From: Girardia tigrina
Lineage: Eukaryota
Direction: 5' to 3'
DNA length: 49,420 nt
NCBI GenBank assembly: GCA_001938485.1
Contig: MQRK01170873.1
Coordinates: 14,585 to 64,004 of the forward strand
Numbering within the stretch: position 1 is the stretch's first letter; every line of letters starts with the position of its first letter. Shown here piece by piece: positions 48,201 to 49,420 of the stretch. The position numbers were made by a program, and so were the translations under genes. The notes beneath the pieces were generated by a model. That model worked only from the letters and a program-made list of their open reading frames with translations. It made no database searches and was not told the DNA's origin.

Positions 48201-48789
48201 GATTGAGAATATTTTCATTTTTATAGTGGGCATTGCATCCAGCGATTTGATTAATAAATTTTCAAGAGCGGAGGGAATCTAACAACCTATTAATCCGAAT
48301 TATTATAGTGGTATCTCGCTTATCCATTTCTAGCTTATTGGTAAATTTTGTCAATTTTTGGGTTATTATAAAATAGAAAGTGTCGTGCTCCCCTTCAAAA
48401 CAACCATTAATGATGGCTCTGAGCCCCCATCCGTTTTCCGTTTGAGTTCAACGGCAACTGTCAAATTAACTACACTTCAACGGGGAGTAGACGCGACTCT
48501 TGCCAACATCAACGAGTTGTGCAGACATTAGAGGGCCTTCGGGTTCTTAACCAGTAACGATGACATCCCGACTGGTAGCTGAGTTTCTGGAGGGGTAGAT
48601 ATGGACTTCATTCATACTCATTTCAAATTCATTTTATTTTCCGCATCAGACAAAGGTACTCTAGAGCCACAAGTGACGGTCAGCCCACGTGCCCCTGTGC
48701 ATGCTATGGGCCGCCTGCACCGTCTCTCTAGACCCTCTGTCCGACTGGTTATTATCTAATTGTTGTAATAAAATTTACAATTCCATATT

Positions 48790-49420
48790 TTATGTTGGGT
48801 ATACAATTAAAAATCTCGTTTTATTTTAAATTTTTAATCAACTACTAATTCTGACTCCAAATGAACAAAAGGTTTCTTCCAACAATAATATATGAAGAAT
48901 GAACAAGACCTTTTAATAATAATTTATTCTGNNNNNNNNNNNNNNNNNNNNNNNNNNNNNNNNNNNNNNNNNNNNNNNNNNNNNNNNNNNNNNNNNNNNN
49001 NNNNNNNNNNNNNNNNNNNNNNNNNNNNNNNNNNNNNNNNNNNNNNNNNNNNNNNNNNNNNNNNNNNNNNNNNNNNNNNNNNNNNNNNNNNNNNNNNNNN
49101 NNNNNNNNNNNNNNNNNNNNNNNNNNNNNNNNNNNNNNNNNNNNNNNNNNTTTCTTAATATTAACAAAAATCAAATTTACCGTACATTCAGTTTTTTAAA
49201 TCTTCTTTGAGTAATAATTTGTGTGAATTGTAACTGAAATAACTATTGCTTATATACTAATTTTTCCTAACCTTGAAAATTGAATAACTAAAACAATTCT
49301 CAAAATAACCAAAGTCATCCATTTAAAAATATATTTTACGACAATATATTTCGACGGATCTACCGTCATCTTCAGGTCACTAATTAATAATCAATTCACC
49401 TGTATATAAATACAAAAATG
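48790..49420 (-). mobile_element. Penelope-like element 5' end (pLTR with hammerhead, start of ORF)
   Basis: Hammerhead at 49337-49381, followed by a hydrophobic N-terminus (MTLVILRIVLVIQF) and, after the gap, NKLLLKGL (PLE L.KGL motif). Confidence 0.65.
49337..49381 (-). ncRNA. Minimal type I hammerhead ribozyme
   Basis: GTGAC-CTGAAGA-T-GACGG-tagat-CCGTC-GAAA-TATA-TT-GTCGT: perfect 5-bp stem II, palindromic loop III, and stem I with G-U pairs. Confidence 0.85.

Overview
This is AT-rich eukaryotic (metazoan) DNA from a gapped assembly. The 18S fragment, ~55-nt introns and base composition suggest a flatworm such as a triclad planarian, but that is inference. No intact, complete protein-coding gene is visible. 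The window is a layered graveyard of mobile elements: Penelope-like retroelements with minimal hammerhead ribozymes, Ty3/gypsy pol, BEL/Pao gag, an RLE-type non-LTR element, piggyBac, Tc1/IS630, pogo, two hAT pieces, several MITEs, and Polinton/adintovirus pieces (zinc finger-PLA2-integrase and pPolB). Between them lie many broken host-gene fragments (LRRC46, ECHDC3, VTI1, STIP1, ERK/MAPK, Rad21/Rec8, a ubiquitin-like domain, a RING-like terminal exon). The most notable observations are: (1) a Polinton ZnF-PLA2-integrase polyprotein with a candidate adenain cleavage site, next to an array of four palindromes; (2) an 18S rRNA piece inserted with a target-site-like duplication at the gypsy PPT/LTR junction; (3) two tandem AGUA/GAA loop-E-like hairpins; (4) an AATCG-loop hairpin cluster; (5) a three-copy unidentified GC-rich protein family; (6) a five-exon spliced GC-rich unit without a long ORF. 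All homology calls come from recognising motifs by eye and were not checked against databases. Boundaries of decayed elements are approximate.
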